NCBI GenBank assembly: GCA_963662585.1
Contig: OY759729.1
Coordinates: 2,464,001-2,528,000 of the forward strand
Length of the DNA: 64,000 nucleotides
Source: Candidatus Cloacimonadales bacterium
GTDB taxonomy: Bacteria > Cloacimonadota > Cloacimonadia > Cloacimonadales > JAFGVF01
Reading direction: 5' to 3'
The translations under genes were made by a program, and so were the position numbers. Shown piece by piece: positions 48,386 to 58,056 of this stretch (positions are counted from its first letter, which is position 1; every line of letters begins with the position of its first letter). A model generated the notes under the pieces. That model was not told the DNA's origin. It saw nothing but the letters and a program-made list of their open reading frames with translations, and did not search any database.

Positions 48386-48868
48386 ATGCAAAACTTATCA
48401 GTTAATGAAGTTATTGAATTTGCTTTAAACATAGAAAGAAACGGAAAAGCCTTTTATGAAAGTGCTTTAGGAAGAAAAAATCTAGAAGATAATGCTCGTG
48501 AATTAATTACAATGCTAAGAGATGAAGAGATAGGCCATGAAAAATATTTCAAAACTTTAAGAGATTCTGATGATTTAGCAGAGTTAGTAGATCCTGATGG
48601 TTGGGATATGACTTCTTCCTACCTTGACTCAATCATAAAAGCTCATATTTTTCACAAAGAAGGTGCTTCCATTCAATTAGCTGTAGATGCTAAAGATACT
48701 GCAGAAATAATCAAATTTGCTATGCAGTTTGAAAAAGACACACTTCTCTATTTCCATACTCTTTATGGCGAAACTAAAGATATTAAAGCCCAAAAGGCAA
48801 TCTTCAGTATCATCAAAGAAGAGATGAAACATTTGAAGAAATTACAAGATATTTCTAAAGATTTCTAG
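48386..48868 (+). CDS. Ferritin-like / rubrerythrin-family diiron protein
   Basis: ALNIE..G..FY, DEEIGH, AMQFEKD...YF and EEMKH motifs. Confidence 0.85.
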   Translation: MQNLSVNEVIEFALNIERNGKAFYESALGRKNLEDNARELITMLRDEEIGHEKYFKTLRDSDDLAELVDPDGWDMTSSYLDSIIKAHIFHKEGASIQLAVDAKDTAEIIKFAMQFEKDTLLYFHTLYGETKDIKAQKAIFSIIKEEMKHLKKLQDISKDF

Positions 48869-48877
48869 AGTATTATA

Positions 48878-49360
48878 ATGTCTGAATTATTCCCTAAAGA
48901 TGCAGTAGCACCAGATTTTTCTTTAGCAAACAGTGAAGATTTATTTATCTCCAAAGCAGATTATCAAGGTAAGTGGTTACTGCTCTATTTTTACCCTAAA
49001 GATGATACTCCAGGTTGCACTCTTGAAGCTAAAGATTTTTCCTTTTATCTTGAGGATTTTAGTAAGCTGGGTGTAAAAATAGTCGGGGTTAGCAAAGATT
49101 CTAGTAAAAGCCACTGTAATTTTATCACTAAACATGATTTAAAAATTGAACTTCTTAGCGACCCTGAGTTAGTAACAGTCAAGGCCTACAAAGCCTGGGG
49201 CCTTAAGAAAAACTATGGAAAAGAGTATGAAGGTCTAATTAGATCAACATTCTTAATAAATCCTCAAGGTTATATAGCTAAATATTGGTCTAATGTGAGA
49301 GCGAAAGGCCATGCAGAGAGAATACTAAAAGAAACAAGAAAAATAATTGGGAATGAATAA
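48878..49360 (+). CDS. bcp: Peroxiredoxin, BCP/PrxQ family
   Basis: YFYPKDDTPGCTLEA and RSTFLI motifs. Confidence 0.93.
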   Translation: MSELFPKDAVAPDFSLANSEDLFISKADYQGKWLLLYFYPKDDTPGCTLEAKDFSFYLEDFSKLGVKIVGVSKDSSKSHCNFITKHDLKIELLSDPELVTVKAYKAWGLKKNYGKEYEGLIRSTFLINPQGYIAKYWSNVRAKGHAERILKETRKIIGNE

Positions 49361-49376
49361 TCAAAAAGGAGAAAAT

Positions 49377-49631
49377 ATGCAAAAAGATTATATGATTATC
49401 TTGGTTAATGCCAGAAAAGAAGAAGCTGTTACTGTTCAAAAGATTTTAACCGAATGGGGATGTTATATTAAAACTAGATTAGGACTTCATGGTGGAGTTT
49501 TAGATGATTGTTCTCAAAATGGAACTATCTTTTTAGAATTAGCTGGAGACAAAGAGAAACACATTGAGATGGAAAGAAAACTCAACTTGCTTAAAGGTGT
49601 TTCTGCAAAAATGATCGATATGGAAGTTTAA
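49377..49631 (+). CDS. Small ACT-like protein related to the TM1266 (iron-only hydrogenase system regulator) family
   Basis: AAGGAG RBS before the ATG at 49377; VQKILTEWGCYIKTRLGLH motif. Confidence 0.55.
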   Translation: MQKDYMIILVNARKEEAVTVQKILTEWGCYIKTRLGLHGGVLDDCSQNGTIFLELAGDKEKHIEMERKLNLLKGVSAKMIDMEV

Positions 49632-49654
49632 TTTACTGCTAAAAAAATTAGATT

Positions 49655-49694
49655 AAATCCCCTCATCTTATTCTAATAAAATGAGGGGATTTTT
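49655..49694. terminator. Bidirectional terminator-like hairpin
   Basis: AAATCCCCTCAT...ATGAGGGGATTT between convergent genes. Confidence 0.75.
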
Positions 49695-49701
49695 ATAAAA
49701 T

Positions 49702-51618
49702 CTAGTTTTTATAGTCTTTTAGCTTTTCTAAAATATCCAACTCTTTTCTCAACTCCTCATCTTTGATATCTGTAGCTTCTTGCGCGAAGTAAGTTATAAA
49801 TTTAGAGAATTGCTCTTTGTAGTAAGAACTAACAGCTAACTTTTGAGAATTTCTTTCCCATCTTCCTCTTCTTCGTTTTTGCTGAATTCTCTTGGCTTCT
49901 TGCTTATTATATTGCCAATCATCCTGCTGGTCATTAGCTTCTATACTTGTTTTATCATTAATCCAATCATGCATAAGATTGACATAACGGGAGAGTAAAA
50001 CAGCCTTCCTGATGCCATTATCACTTCCTCTTTTTGATTTTGTAAATTCTATATTTTCTTTAACTAACTCAGGTACACCATTTCTATCTTTGTAACTGCA
50101 AGTTAATTGAATATCTGATTTATTGCCTGTCTTTTTTAACTTGATTAAAATAATTCCACCCCTAGTCTTCCCATCCACTGATTCAGAAGGGAAGAGAGTA
50201 TTAACTTTCATTATCTCGCCAGTAGCTTGGTCTGCTTCTGGAGAACCATAGACTGCTTCGATTTTATAGTTATCACTCTTGAGATGAAGAGTAAGGTCAA
50301 ATACTAAAGGAGTAACCATATAATCAAATTGAATGTCCATTCTCTTTTTAAAATCTTTAGCACTATGAACAGAATAGTAGTTAGCTCCAGGAGTTTTGCT
50401 AATATAGTTAATTAACTCACTATTAAGATCAACTCCTACTCCAACAAAAGTAGTATAAATCTTTTTCACAGCATTAACTTTCATTACGCCCCATAAGGAA
50501 TTTTCATTGGTTACATCGCTATTAGGCATGGCATCAGTTAAAAATATTATTCTATTATCATAATCTTTAGAGTCATATTCAGGGAGCTTGCTATAGAGCT
50601 CTGCAGCAGTATTAATACCAGCATACATATTTGTACCACCACGAGGGGAAATATCATTTATATGCCTACGAATAGCATCCATATCTGTTTTCTCTACCAA
50701 ACTAAAGGGCTTTGCTAAATAAGATTGATTATCAAATAAAACAACAGCAAATCTGTCCCCACTTTTCAGATGCTTAGTTAAATCAATTATGCTCTCTTTA
50801 GCAATTTCCATTTTAGACTCTTTAGTATAGTCTTTATTAGGAGTTCTTCTTCTATTACTATCATAATAGTATCTATCAAAACTAGAACTCATAGAACCAG
50901 AAATATCAAGCACAATAGTTAAATTCAATTTTTTTCTTTTAAAAGAGCTCTCTGTTAGATTAGAATTCAAACCAACACTCAGATATAATTCTTCTTCATT
51001 AGTGAGAGGGTTCTTGTTTTTGTAGGAAGTATAGGCAGGTTCAAAGAGATGGCTTGCCTCTTTAGTAATATTATTATCGAAGAAATAATCATAGAAAATA
51101 CCTTCATGGGTAATATCTTCTTTTACTGGCATATAGTTATTTTCTATATTCTCGCGGAAATTATTAATATCTTTTGCTCCGCCAACTGAGAAGCCTAATT
51201 CGCCCTCAACTACTTCAAAATCATCGCTATAACCCCCGCCAAGATTTTTCTTTCTTGATTGAGGGTTCAGGGAAGTAGATGTTGATTGGCGTGAGCTACC
51301 TACTTTATCTCTTGAAATTGGCTTTGAACTTGGTGTAAATTGATTATGTATATCTTCTGCAGAAGTAGTTGAATCATATTCCCAATTGTCTTCTTTCTTA
51401 ATTTTGACCGTATCTTCTTTTGTTATCTCAGGTAGGGAAACTGCCTCTTCAGACTCATTCCAAATTGGGTCATATTCTGTAGTTGCGTGTCCATTTGCTG
51501 ACCTTAAAGAATCTTGTAAGCTCCCTTCCTTGTCTACTTGTAATTCTTTACAGCCTGTACTACTAATCAAAAACAACAATAGTAAGGATATAAATAGGAT
51601 AAACTGCAATTTTTTCAT
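49702..51618 (-). CDS. vWA domain lipoprotein (YfbK-like), paralog 1
   Basis: Lipobox STGC; MIDAS elements DISGSM, GGTN, FLTD; GFSVGGAKDINNFRENI. Confidence 0.85.
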   Translation of the reverse strand: MKKLQFILFISLLLLFLISSTGCKELQVDKEGSLQDSLRSANGHATTEYDPIWNESEEAVSLPEITKEDTVKIKKEDNWEYDSTTSAEDIHNQFTPSSKPISRDKVGSSRQSTSTSLNPQSRKKNLGGGYSDDFEVVEGELGFSVGGAKDINNFRENIENNYMPVKEDITHEGIFYDYFFDNNITKEASHLFEPAYTSYKNKNPLTNEEELYLSVGLNSNLTESSFKRKKLNLTIVLDISGSMSSSFDRYYYDSNRRRTPNKDYTKESKMEIAKESIIDLTKHLKSGDRFAVVLFDNQSYLAKPFSLVEKTDMDAIRRHINDISPRGGTNMYAGINTAAELYSKLPEYDSKDYDNRIIFLTDAMPNSDVTNENSLWGVMKVNAVKKIYTTFVGVGVDLNSELINYISKTPGANYYSVHSAKDFKKRMDIQFDYMVTPLVFDLTLHLKSDNYKIEAVYGSPEADQATGEIMKVNTLFPSESVDGKTRGGIILIKLKKTGNKSDIQLTCSYKDRNGVPELVKENIEFTKSKRGSDNGIRKAVLLSRYVNLMHDWINDKTSIEANDQQDDWQYNKQEAKRIQQKRRRGRWERNSQKLAVSSYYKEQFSKFITYFAQEATDIKDEELRKELDILEKLKDYKN

Positions 51619-51645
51619 TTTTCCTCCTTAAAAAATTAATATCTA

Positions 51646-53907
51646 TTATTCAAATCTTAGATTATTAATTTCAAACTGATAATCTCCAATATCTGGATAT
51701 GACTTATTATTAAAAATAGGTTGAATTCTATCTATAAAATCTTTATCATTTATACTTCCTTTTCCCTTGATAGAAGCTATAACAATCTCATCATTTTTGA
51801 ATATTAACTTAATATCTAATTCTCCTCTAATAGTTTTCCTAAGTTTATATCTATCAAACTCCTGATTAATCCTTGGTAGGAAAACTACCATAAACCATTC
51901 ACGAATTAGTATATCTTTTCTATGAGAAAGCTCATTATCCTTAACAGGATTATTAACAGATACTCTATTCTCATCAACTAAAAAGTCTAGGATATCCGAC
52001 TCTTGTTTTAAGTCCTCATCTTTAATATCTTTGGCTTCTTTGTCAAAGTATTCTTTGAAAGTAGAAAAAATTTCTTGATAATATGAACTTACAGTTAATT
52101 GGCTAGGCCTGTTTTCCCAATTATTCTTATTCTCTGTTTCTAGTCTAGAGTTACTATATTGCCAATCATCATCACCATCATCCCTAATCTCAAGAGTCTT
52201 GTTATTAATCCAATTATGCATCAAATTTACGAAACGAGAAAGAAGAACAGCTTTTCGGATGCCATTGTCTGAGCCTTTTAACTCATGGGTAAACTTGACC
52301 TGTTCTGAAATTAATTCAGGAATACCGTTTCTATCTTTATAACTACATTTTAACAGTAGATCATCATTTCCTTTCCCAACTTTCTTTAATTTAACTAAGA
52401 TTATTCCTCCTCTAGTTTTACCATCTTTAGATTCAGAAGGGAAAAGAGTATTAACCTTCATTATCTCACCTGTAGCTTGATTGGCTTCTGGAGCGCCATA
52501 AATGGCTTCAATATCATATTTATCGCTTTTTAAATGCAGGGTTAAATCAAAAACTAAAGGAGTAACCATGAAGTCAAATTGAGTATCCATTCGCTTTATA
52601 AATTCTTGAGCATTATGGACTGAATAATAATTTGCGCCAGGTGTTTTGGTAATATAGTTGATTAATTCATTATTTAGGTCAACCCCTACTCCAATAAAAG
52701 TAGTATATACTTTCTTTTCAGCATTAACTTTCATTAAGCCCCAGATAGAGTTTTTATCAGTTACACTTTTATTAGGCATAGCATCAGTTAAAAAGATTAT
52801 TCTGTTATCATATTCATTCGTGTCATAGTTTGGGAGTTTTTCATACAGCTCTGAAGCAGTAGAGAAACCAGCATACATATTAGTGCTACCACCTGATGTA
52901 ATACTTCTTATATGTTCTCGAATAGCTTGCATATTAGTCTTATTAAGCAAGTTAAAAGGTTTTGCTAAATGAGCTTGACTATCAAAAAGAACAACTGCTA
53001 ATCTATCATCTTTATTCAGGTGCTTGGTTAAATCTATCATACACTCTTTGGCAATCTCAATCTTTGATCTTGCATCCCATTCACCATCATACTTAATGTT
53101 ATTTCTCTGTCTTCCATCATAGTAATATTGGCTAAAGCCATGATTCATTGACCCTGAAATATCCAAAACAATAGTTAAGTTTAATTTCTTTCTTTCAAAA
53201 GATGACGCTTTTAGGTTAGAATTAAGTCCAACACTCAAGTATAATTCCTCTTCATTAGTGAGAGGATGTTTGTTTTTATAAGAAGTGTAAGAAGGTTCAA
53301 ACAGGTGTGTAGCCTCTTTTTCAATATTGTTATCAAAGAAATAATCATAGAAAATTCCTTCATGAGTTATATCTTCTTCAATTGGCATAAATCCCTTCTT
53401 AATGTTTTCACGGAAGTTACCAATATCCTTAGCTCCACCTACAGAAAAACCTAAATTATCACTTAAAGAGCTGACATTTGGGCTAGCTAATCCTTTAACG
53501 ACACTTCTCTCAATACTAGTTCCATCATTGTAGCTAGTTTTTGCAACTACTGAAACACGGCTTCTTGATGCGGTCATAGTTGACATAGTATTATCCGTTA
53601 CATAACTGTCTAGACTAGATGTGACACCATCACCAAGATTTGATGCTATTTGACTGAGAGACTTTTCTTCAATAATTTCATTAGTAGCAAGAGTCGCAAT
53701 TCTTCTTTCATAAGCTTCTTTCATTTGCTCATCATGATTTTTCTCAGGGGTTACTTCTTCTTCAAGTTTCTTATCTGAAGTAATTGTGTCTAAAATAGTC
53801 TTTAAAGAGTCCTCGGCTGTAACTTCTATACTTTCCTTTGCTTTTTTACAGGCTGTAAATATTAGAAGAAATGAAAGTACAATAACTGATAGTCGTAACT
53901 TATTCAT
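51646..53907 (-). CDS. vWA domain lipoprotein, paralog 2, with an extra C-terminal domain
   Basis: Lipobox FTAC; same vWA core; ~100-aa C-terminal extension. Confidence 0.85.
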   Translation of the reverse strand: MNKLRLSVIVLSFLLIFTACKKAKESIEVTAEDSLKTILDTITSDKKLEEEVTPEKNHDEQMKEAYERRIATLATNEIIEEKSLSQIASNLGDGVTSSLDSYVTDNTMSTMTASRSRVSVVAKTSYNDGTSIERSVVKGLASPNVSSLSDNLGFSVGGAKDIGNFRENIKKGFMPIEEDITHEGIFYDYFFDNNIEKEATHLFEPSYTSYKNKHPLTNEEELYLSVGLNSNLKASSFERKKLNLTIVLDISGSMNHGFSQYYYDGRQRNNIKYDGEWDARSKIEIAKECMIDLTKHLNKDDRLAVVLFDSQAHLAKPFNLLNKTNMQAIREHIRSITSGGSTNMYAGFSTASELYEKLPNYDTNEYDNRIIFLTDAMPNKSVTDKNSIWGLMKVNAEKKVYTTFIGVGVDLNNELINYITKTPGANYYSVHNAQEFIKRMDTQFDFMVTPLVFDLTLHLKSDKYDIEAIYGAPEANQATGEIMKVNTLFPSESKDGKTRGGIILVKLKKVGKGNDDLLLKCSYKDRNGIPELISEQVKFTHELKGSDNGIRKAVLLSRFVNLMHNWINNKTLEIRDDGDDDWQYSNSRLETENKNNWENRPSQLTVSSYYQEIFSTFKEYFDKEAKDIKDEDLKQESDILDFLVDENRVSVNNPVKDNELSHRKDILIREWFMVVFLPRINQEFDRYKLRKTIRGELDIKLIFKNDEIVIASIKGKGSINDKDFIDRIQPIFNNKSYPDIGDYQFEINNLRFE

Positions 53908-54033
53908 GTTAACCTCCTATTTAAAATATTATAGACAAATAATGATGGAAAATAATATGTAGTCAAGCTAAAAATAGGGAATAAATAATTTAATTTGATA
54001 ATATTTAACAAAAAAAATTATTAACTTTTTTAT

Positions 54034-54065
54034 AAAAAAATAGAGACAGTAGCTACTGTCTCTAT
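54034..54065 (-). terminator. Terminator after the OsmC gene
   Basis: Perfect palindrome ATAGAGACAGTAG/CTACTGTCTCTAT with an A-run on its left side. Confidence 0.7.
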
Positions 54066-54124
54066 AGTTAACTATGATTAGAAGATATCTCAAGCCTTTA
54101 CGATAGGTTTCAATATATCTTATT

Positions 54125-54556
54125 TTAAATTTTACAGGAAACTTTCACACCTTTCAATGTATCAGAAACAGGACATCTCTCTTCTATAAGAGCAAGTAGC
54201 TTTTCAATATTCTCTTTTGGAGAAGGAGAATCGATATTTATTTTATATCTAATCTCTTGATATCCAGTTCTTACATCAGGGTTAATTCCAAGAAAACCTT
54301 CTGGGTCTAAATCACCTTCAATATCTACATTACATCCTTTAAGATCAACACCACACTTTTTCGCGAAAGCGGCTGCACAAATAGTCATACATCCACCTAA
54401 AGCATTCAAAAGCAATTCTACTGGGTTCATTGCTTTATCGCTTCCTCCAAGTTCTTTGGGTTCATCTAAGCCTACAGTGAAATCTCTAGAAGTTCCTTCA
54501 CTATAAACACCTACTTGCGACCATTTAACATTAGCTTTAAAAACAGTATTAGCCAT
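54125..54556 (-). CDS. OsmC family protein
   Basis: DEPKELGG...NPVELLLNALGGC and RCPVSDTL motifs. Confidence 0.92.
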   Translation of the reverse strand: MANTVFKANVKWSQVGVYSEGTSRDFTVGLDEPKELGGSDKAMNPVELLLNALGGCMTICAAAFAKKCGVDLKGCNVDIEGDLDPEGFLGINPDVRTGYQEIRYKINIDSPSPKENIEKLLALIEERCPVSDTLKGVKVSCKI

Positions 54557-54802
54557 TTTTAGCCCTCCAATAAATTTTTATACAATAATAATGAGGTTAC
54601 TAGATAAAGCAAGTTTTTTAGCTATAAATTAATATTTTTTATAAATCATAGTTTAAATAACTTGTAAAAATAACATAAATGATATCTCTTTTGAAGAAAA
54701 AAATGATTATTTTATGATTTCGTAAAATCTTTTATAACAGAAAAATAGGTAAAGAAATCTTGGTTTGTTAATAAATTATATCAAAAAATATTTAAAAAAG
54801 TA

Positions 54803-54831
54803 TTGACAGATTATCAGGTATTTTCTAATTT
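54803..54831 (+). promoter_or_regulatory. Probable sigma70-type promoter of the tRNA pair
   Basis: TTGACA-17 bp-TAATTT with an A/T-rich upstream region. Confidence 0.5.
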
Positions 54832-54858
54832 GATTAAACTTAACTTATACGAAGTAAC

Positions 54859-54933
54859 GGTCCAGTAACTCAGTGGTAGAGTATCTGCCTTTTAAGTAGA
54901 GAGTCGATGGTTCGAGCCCATCCTGGATCACCA
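54859..54933 (+). tRNA. tRNA-Lys(TTT)
   Basis: Acceptor GGTCCAG/CTGGATC; anticodon arm TCTGC-CTTTTAA-GTAGA; T loop TTCGAGC; encoded CCA. Confidence 0.96.
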
Positions 54934-54936
54934 TTT

Positions 54937-55011
54937 GACCCCTTCGTCTAGTGGTTAGGACTCAAGATTTTCATTCTTGCAACAGGGGTTCGATTCCCCT
55001 AGGGGTCGCCA
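54937..55011 (+). tRNA. tRNA-Glu(TTC)
   Basis: Acceptor GACCCCT/AGGGGTC; anticodon arm CAAGA-TTTTCAT-TCTTG; T loop TTCGATT; encoded CCA. Confidence 0.96.
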
Positions 55012-55048
55012 AGAGAGCTTATCAGCGTGATGAGCTCTCTTTTTTTTT
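55011..55048 (+). terminator. Terminator after the tRNAs
   Basis: AAGAGAGCT...AGCTCTCTT followed by a T run. Confidence 0.85.
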
Positions 55049-55106
55049 ATAAAAAATAAGTTGCCCAAATTAGTTACTTTCGTAATATTGGTATAATAAT
55101 AAAGAG

Positions 55107-55742
55107 GTGCTTATGAATAAGATTAAATTTATATTACTAATAGTTGTAGGCTTAATATTATTAGTAGGGTGTGAAGAAGGTGCAAGTATAAAGATTATAA
55201 ATGAAACGAACTATAATGTCTATGCTGAAATTGATGGAGATAATTATACTGTAAGTGGTGATAGTAGTACTAAAATTAATGTAGATACCAAAGAAAAGGT
55301 CTTTCTTTTTGATGATGGTGTTACTAAAAAGACTTTGAAGATTGAGGGAGAGACTTTCAGAATCTGGGATGACTATGAAGGCTTACCATTAGAAGAAACT
55401 GAAGTAAAAGTCACTCCTGGAAAAACTTATAATATTTATTGTAGTGCCAACAGTGCATCTGTCAAAGTAGTTAATAACTCAACTCGAGATATAAGTAAAC
55501 TAAGCTATCGAATGAGAACCCAATTCTCATCTTCTGAATTGTTTTCCATAACTTTTGATCCTCCATTAACAACTGGTGAGTTTGCTTATGAACATATAAT
55601 TCCTCAAACAGAAGAAAATAGATTCTATTATAATTTTGAAGTTGAATCTGATGGTGAGTTAATCTATAGTATTGGTGATCAATTTCAAGGTGTTGAATTA
55701 TTCATGGGCCAACAACACTTGATAGAAATTGGTGGTAGATAA
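55107..55742 (+). CDS. Hypothetical lipoprotein
   Basis: Lipobox LVGC; beta-rich mature part. Confidence 0.7.
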   Translation: MLMNKIKFILLIVVGLILLVGCEEGASIKIINETNYNVYAEIDGDNYTVSGDSSTKINVDTKEKVFLFDDGVTKKTLKIEGETFRIWDDYEGLPLEETEVKVTPGKTYNIYCSANSASVKVVNNSTRDISKLSYRMRTQFSSSELFSITFDPPLTTGEFAYEHIIPQTEENRFYYNFEVESDGELIYSIGDQFQGVELFMGQQHLIEIGGR

Positions 55743-55968
55743 GAAAGAAGTAGCTTGAAATTAGCTTAGTATTGGCATAAATTTGGCTTAAAAGTGCTTT
55801 TGTAAGGATAATAATTTTAAAACTATATCTTCAAAGATTTTTTCCTTAGCCCTTGTTAGAACTTTTAGAGAAAAAATGCTTTCTGAGATAAGAGAAAAAT
55901 TTTATTCTTATTTCTATAATATCATGTAGAGAAACAGCTAAATCTCCTATTTAGCACTGTAAGAAAGC

Positions 55969-56313
55969 TCAAGAAAAGCCATTCCTGAATCTAAAATAAA
56001 CTACAACAATGAGTATTATTAACAATAGAATAAAGATAATCCAAGACCAAATACTTTCTTTTTGCTTGGATAGTTCAGCAATAACTTCTTTGTTAGTTTT
56101 AATAAAATTTGCAGGAAGATCTCTAAAATTATCTTCATGAACTAATTTATTCCTAATAGTAGCTATATATCTAATCTTCTTAACTAAATCAGGAGATAGT
56201 TTTGCTTCAACTGAAGTAACTTTACTGTGCAATCCCTTACCATTAGCCTGATATCTCTCAGCTAGCAATTTCTCTATCTTTTTATTATACTCTATAATTT
56301 TCCATTTATTCAT
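55969..56313 (-). CDS. Small HEPN/DUF4145-like protein with a C-terminal TM anchor
   Basis: GKGLHSK...IRNKLVHE (Rx4H); hydrophobic C-terminus. Confidence 0.55.
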   Translation of the reverse strand: MNKWKIIEYNKKIEKLLAERYQANGKGLHSKVTSVEAKLSPDLVKKIRYIATIRNKLVHEDNFRDLPANFIKTNKEVIAELSKQKESIWSWIIFILLLIILIVVVYFRFRNGFS

Positions 56314-56327
56314 TATATAATATTAAT

Positions 56328-57695
56328 TTATTCACTAATTATGTCAAGGCTTTTCCATTTACCTTGTTTAAATCTTAGGAATAATACTAGGCTGAAACTG
56401 AGGAAGGTAAAGACAAGGACTCCCCAGCCAGTAACTGCTGATAGACCTAATATTTTCAAGCTAACAAAGAGATTTGCAACTGCTAACCAGTGCATTATGA
56501 TAAAGGCAAACATGGTCCAGTGGGTATCTCCTGCTCCTCTCAAAGCTCCCACAAAAGAGATAGTAACTGCATCGGCAAAGATATAGATAGTTGCTAATCT
56601 TAGCATTGCTTTTGCCATAGGAAAGGCCTCTTTGAAGATATCAGAAGGTGAATCAGGTTTAAAGAAATTTACTAATGCATCGGTAGTGAATACATAGAGT
56701 AAGAAGATTATTCCGGAATATACTAATGCTGTTTTAATGCCTGAATAGGTTGCTTTGCTGGCACTTTTAATATCTTTAGCGCCCATGTATTTTCCAACTA
56801 GACTAGTTACTGCTATCTGAATACCTATCAAGGGCATGAAAGAAACATAATCCCAATTGAACATTATTGTGGAAGCTGTTGCAGATATTGCTCCTTCTGA
56901 ATGAAGTAGTAAAATCATGCTTGTGAAGGCGGCAAGACTCATAAAACTTTCAAAGCCTTGAGGTAGTCCATACCAGAGGAGTTTCTTCATTATTTCAGGA
57001 TTGAATTTAAAAGATGTCATAATATGAAAGTCCTCTCTAATTGTCTTAGAAAAATAGAGCATGAATAATATTAAGACACCAACAAAAGCCCCGATATTAG
57101 TTCCAATTGCCGCACCTCTAATTCCTAAGGCTGGGAAGCCAAACTTTCCATAGATCAAAGTGTAATTACATACCACATTGGTAATTAAAGAGGCTACAGC
57201 TGCTATCATTATGAATTTTGTTTTTCCTAATCCAGAAAAGAAAGATCCTAAAGCAGTTCTTAAAAGTAAGAAGATAGAACCCCACAGGAGGGTTGAGAAA
57301 TATTCTACTTGTAAAGGGAGCTGATTGGGTGGGATATTCATATATTGGAATATAACTTTGGAAAGAGGGGTAGTGATAAGTAATATAGGATAAGCCAGTA
57401 TGGCGATTAAAATTGCTTGAAAAGTCGTTACTGCCGACCTACTTTTAAAGCCAGCTCCTAGATATTGGGCAACTAAAGCTGTTGAATAGCTAATTAACCC
57501 TGTAAAGAATATTGTGAAAGTAGTTAGATAGACTCCGCCACCTAAGGATGCATTCATGTGATCAGGACTCAATTTAGACAAGAATATCCTGTCTGTAAAG
57601 GTCATTATCGCATCACAGCCCATAGAGGCAAACATAGGGAGAGCAATTAATAGCATTTCAATAATACCACCCTTGGGGTGTTTGTTTTCATTCAT
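56328..57695 (-). CDS. MATE family efflux transporter
   Basis: 12-TM pattern; DRIFLS, GKFGFPALGIRGAA and ALRGAGDT motifs. Confidence 0.93.
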   Translation of the reverse strand: MNENKHPKGGIIEMLLIALPMFASMGCDAIMTFTDRIFLSKLSPDHMNASLGGGVYLTTFTIFFTGLISYSTALVAQYLGAGFKSRSAVTTFQAILIAILAYPILLITTPLSKVIFQYMNIPPNQLPLQVEYFSTLLWGSIFLLLRTALGSFFSGLGKTKFIMIAAVASLITNVVCNYTLIYGKFGFPALGIRGAAIGTNIGAFVGVLILFMLYFSKTIREDFHIMTSFKFNPEIMKKLLWYGLPQGFESFMSLAAFTSMILLLHSEGAISATASTIMFNWDYVSFMPLIGIQIAVTSLVGKYMGAKDIKSASKATYSGIKTALVYSGIIFLLYVFTTDALVNFFKPDSPSDIFKEAFPMAKAMLRLATIYIFADAVTISFVGALRGAGDTHWTMFAFIIMHWLAVANLFVSLKILGLSAVTGWGVLVFTFLSFSLVLFLRFKQGKWKSLDIISE

Positions 57696-57910
57696 CTAAC
57701 TATCCTCAATTAAAATTATTACATTAATGTCACAAAAATATAGGAAGTTATTTCGGCAAGGTTTTTAAATTAGTAATCAATAATTCAGTAGCATTTGCAA
57801 TCTTTATCTGTGAGGCTTTAGCTTCAGCATAGACTTGCCAAGGTTTTCTGCAAGATCTAGATTAAATCTGACTTAAGTAACCGAGGATGGTCAATAAAAG
57901 TAATGCTAAT

Positions 57911-57935
57911 AAAAAAAAGCTCTCCGAAGAGAGCT
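57911..57935 (-). terminator. Terminator after HU and the bS22-like ORF
   Basis: AGCTCTC-cgaa-GAGAGCT with a poly-T tail on the minus strand. Confidence 0.8.
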
Positions 57936-57955
57936 AAAATCGTAAGATTTAAAAG

Positions 57956-58045
57956 TTATTTTTTTTTGTGTCTGTTTTTGCGAAGTCTTTTCTTCCTCTT
58001 GTGAGTAGAAATCTTATGTCTTTTTCTTTTTTTACCGCATGGCAT
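57956..58045 (-). CDS. 29-aa basic protein, ribosomal protein bS22 / AURKAIP1-COX24 (mS38)-like (not in the ORF track)
   Basis: AAGGAG RBS; MPCGKKRKRHKISTHKRKKRLRKNRHKKK*. Confidence 0.88.
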   Translation of the reverse strand: MPCGKKRKRHKISTHKRKKRLRKNRHKKK

Positions 58046-58056
58046 AGTATTGCTCC

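Noticed and set aside
54859..56313. Genomic island integrated at the tRNA pair
   Set aside because: No integrase and no duplicated tRNA 3' end in the window.
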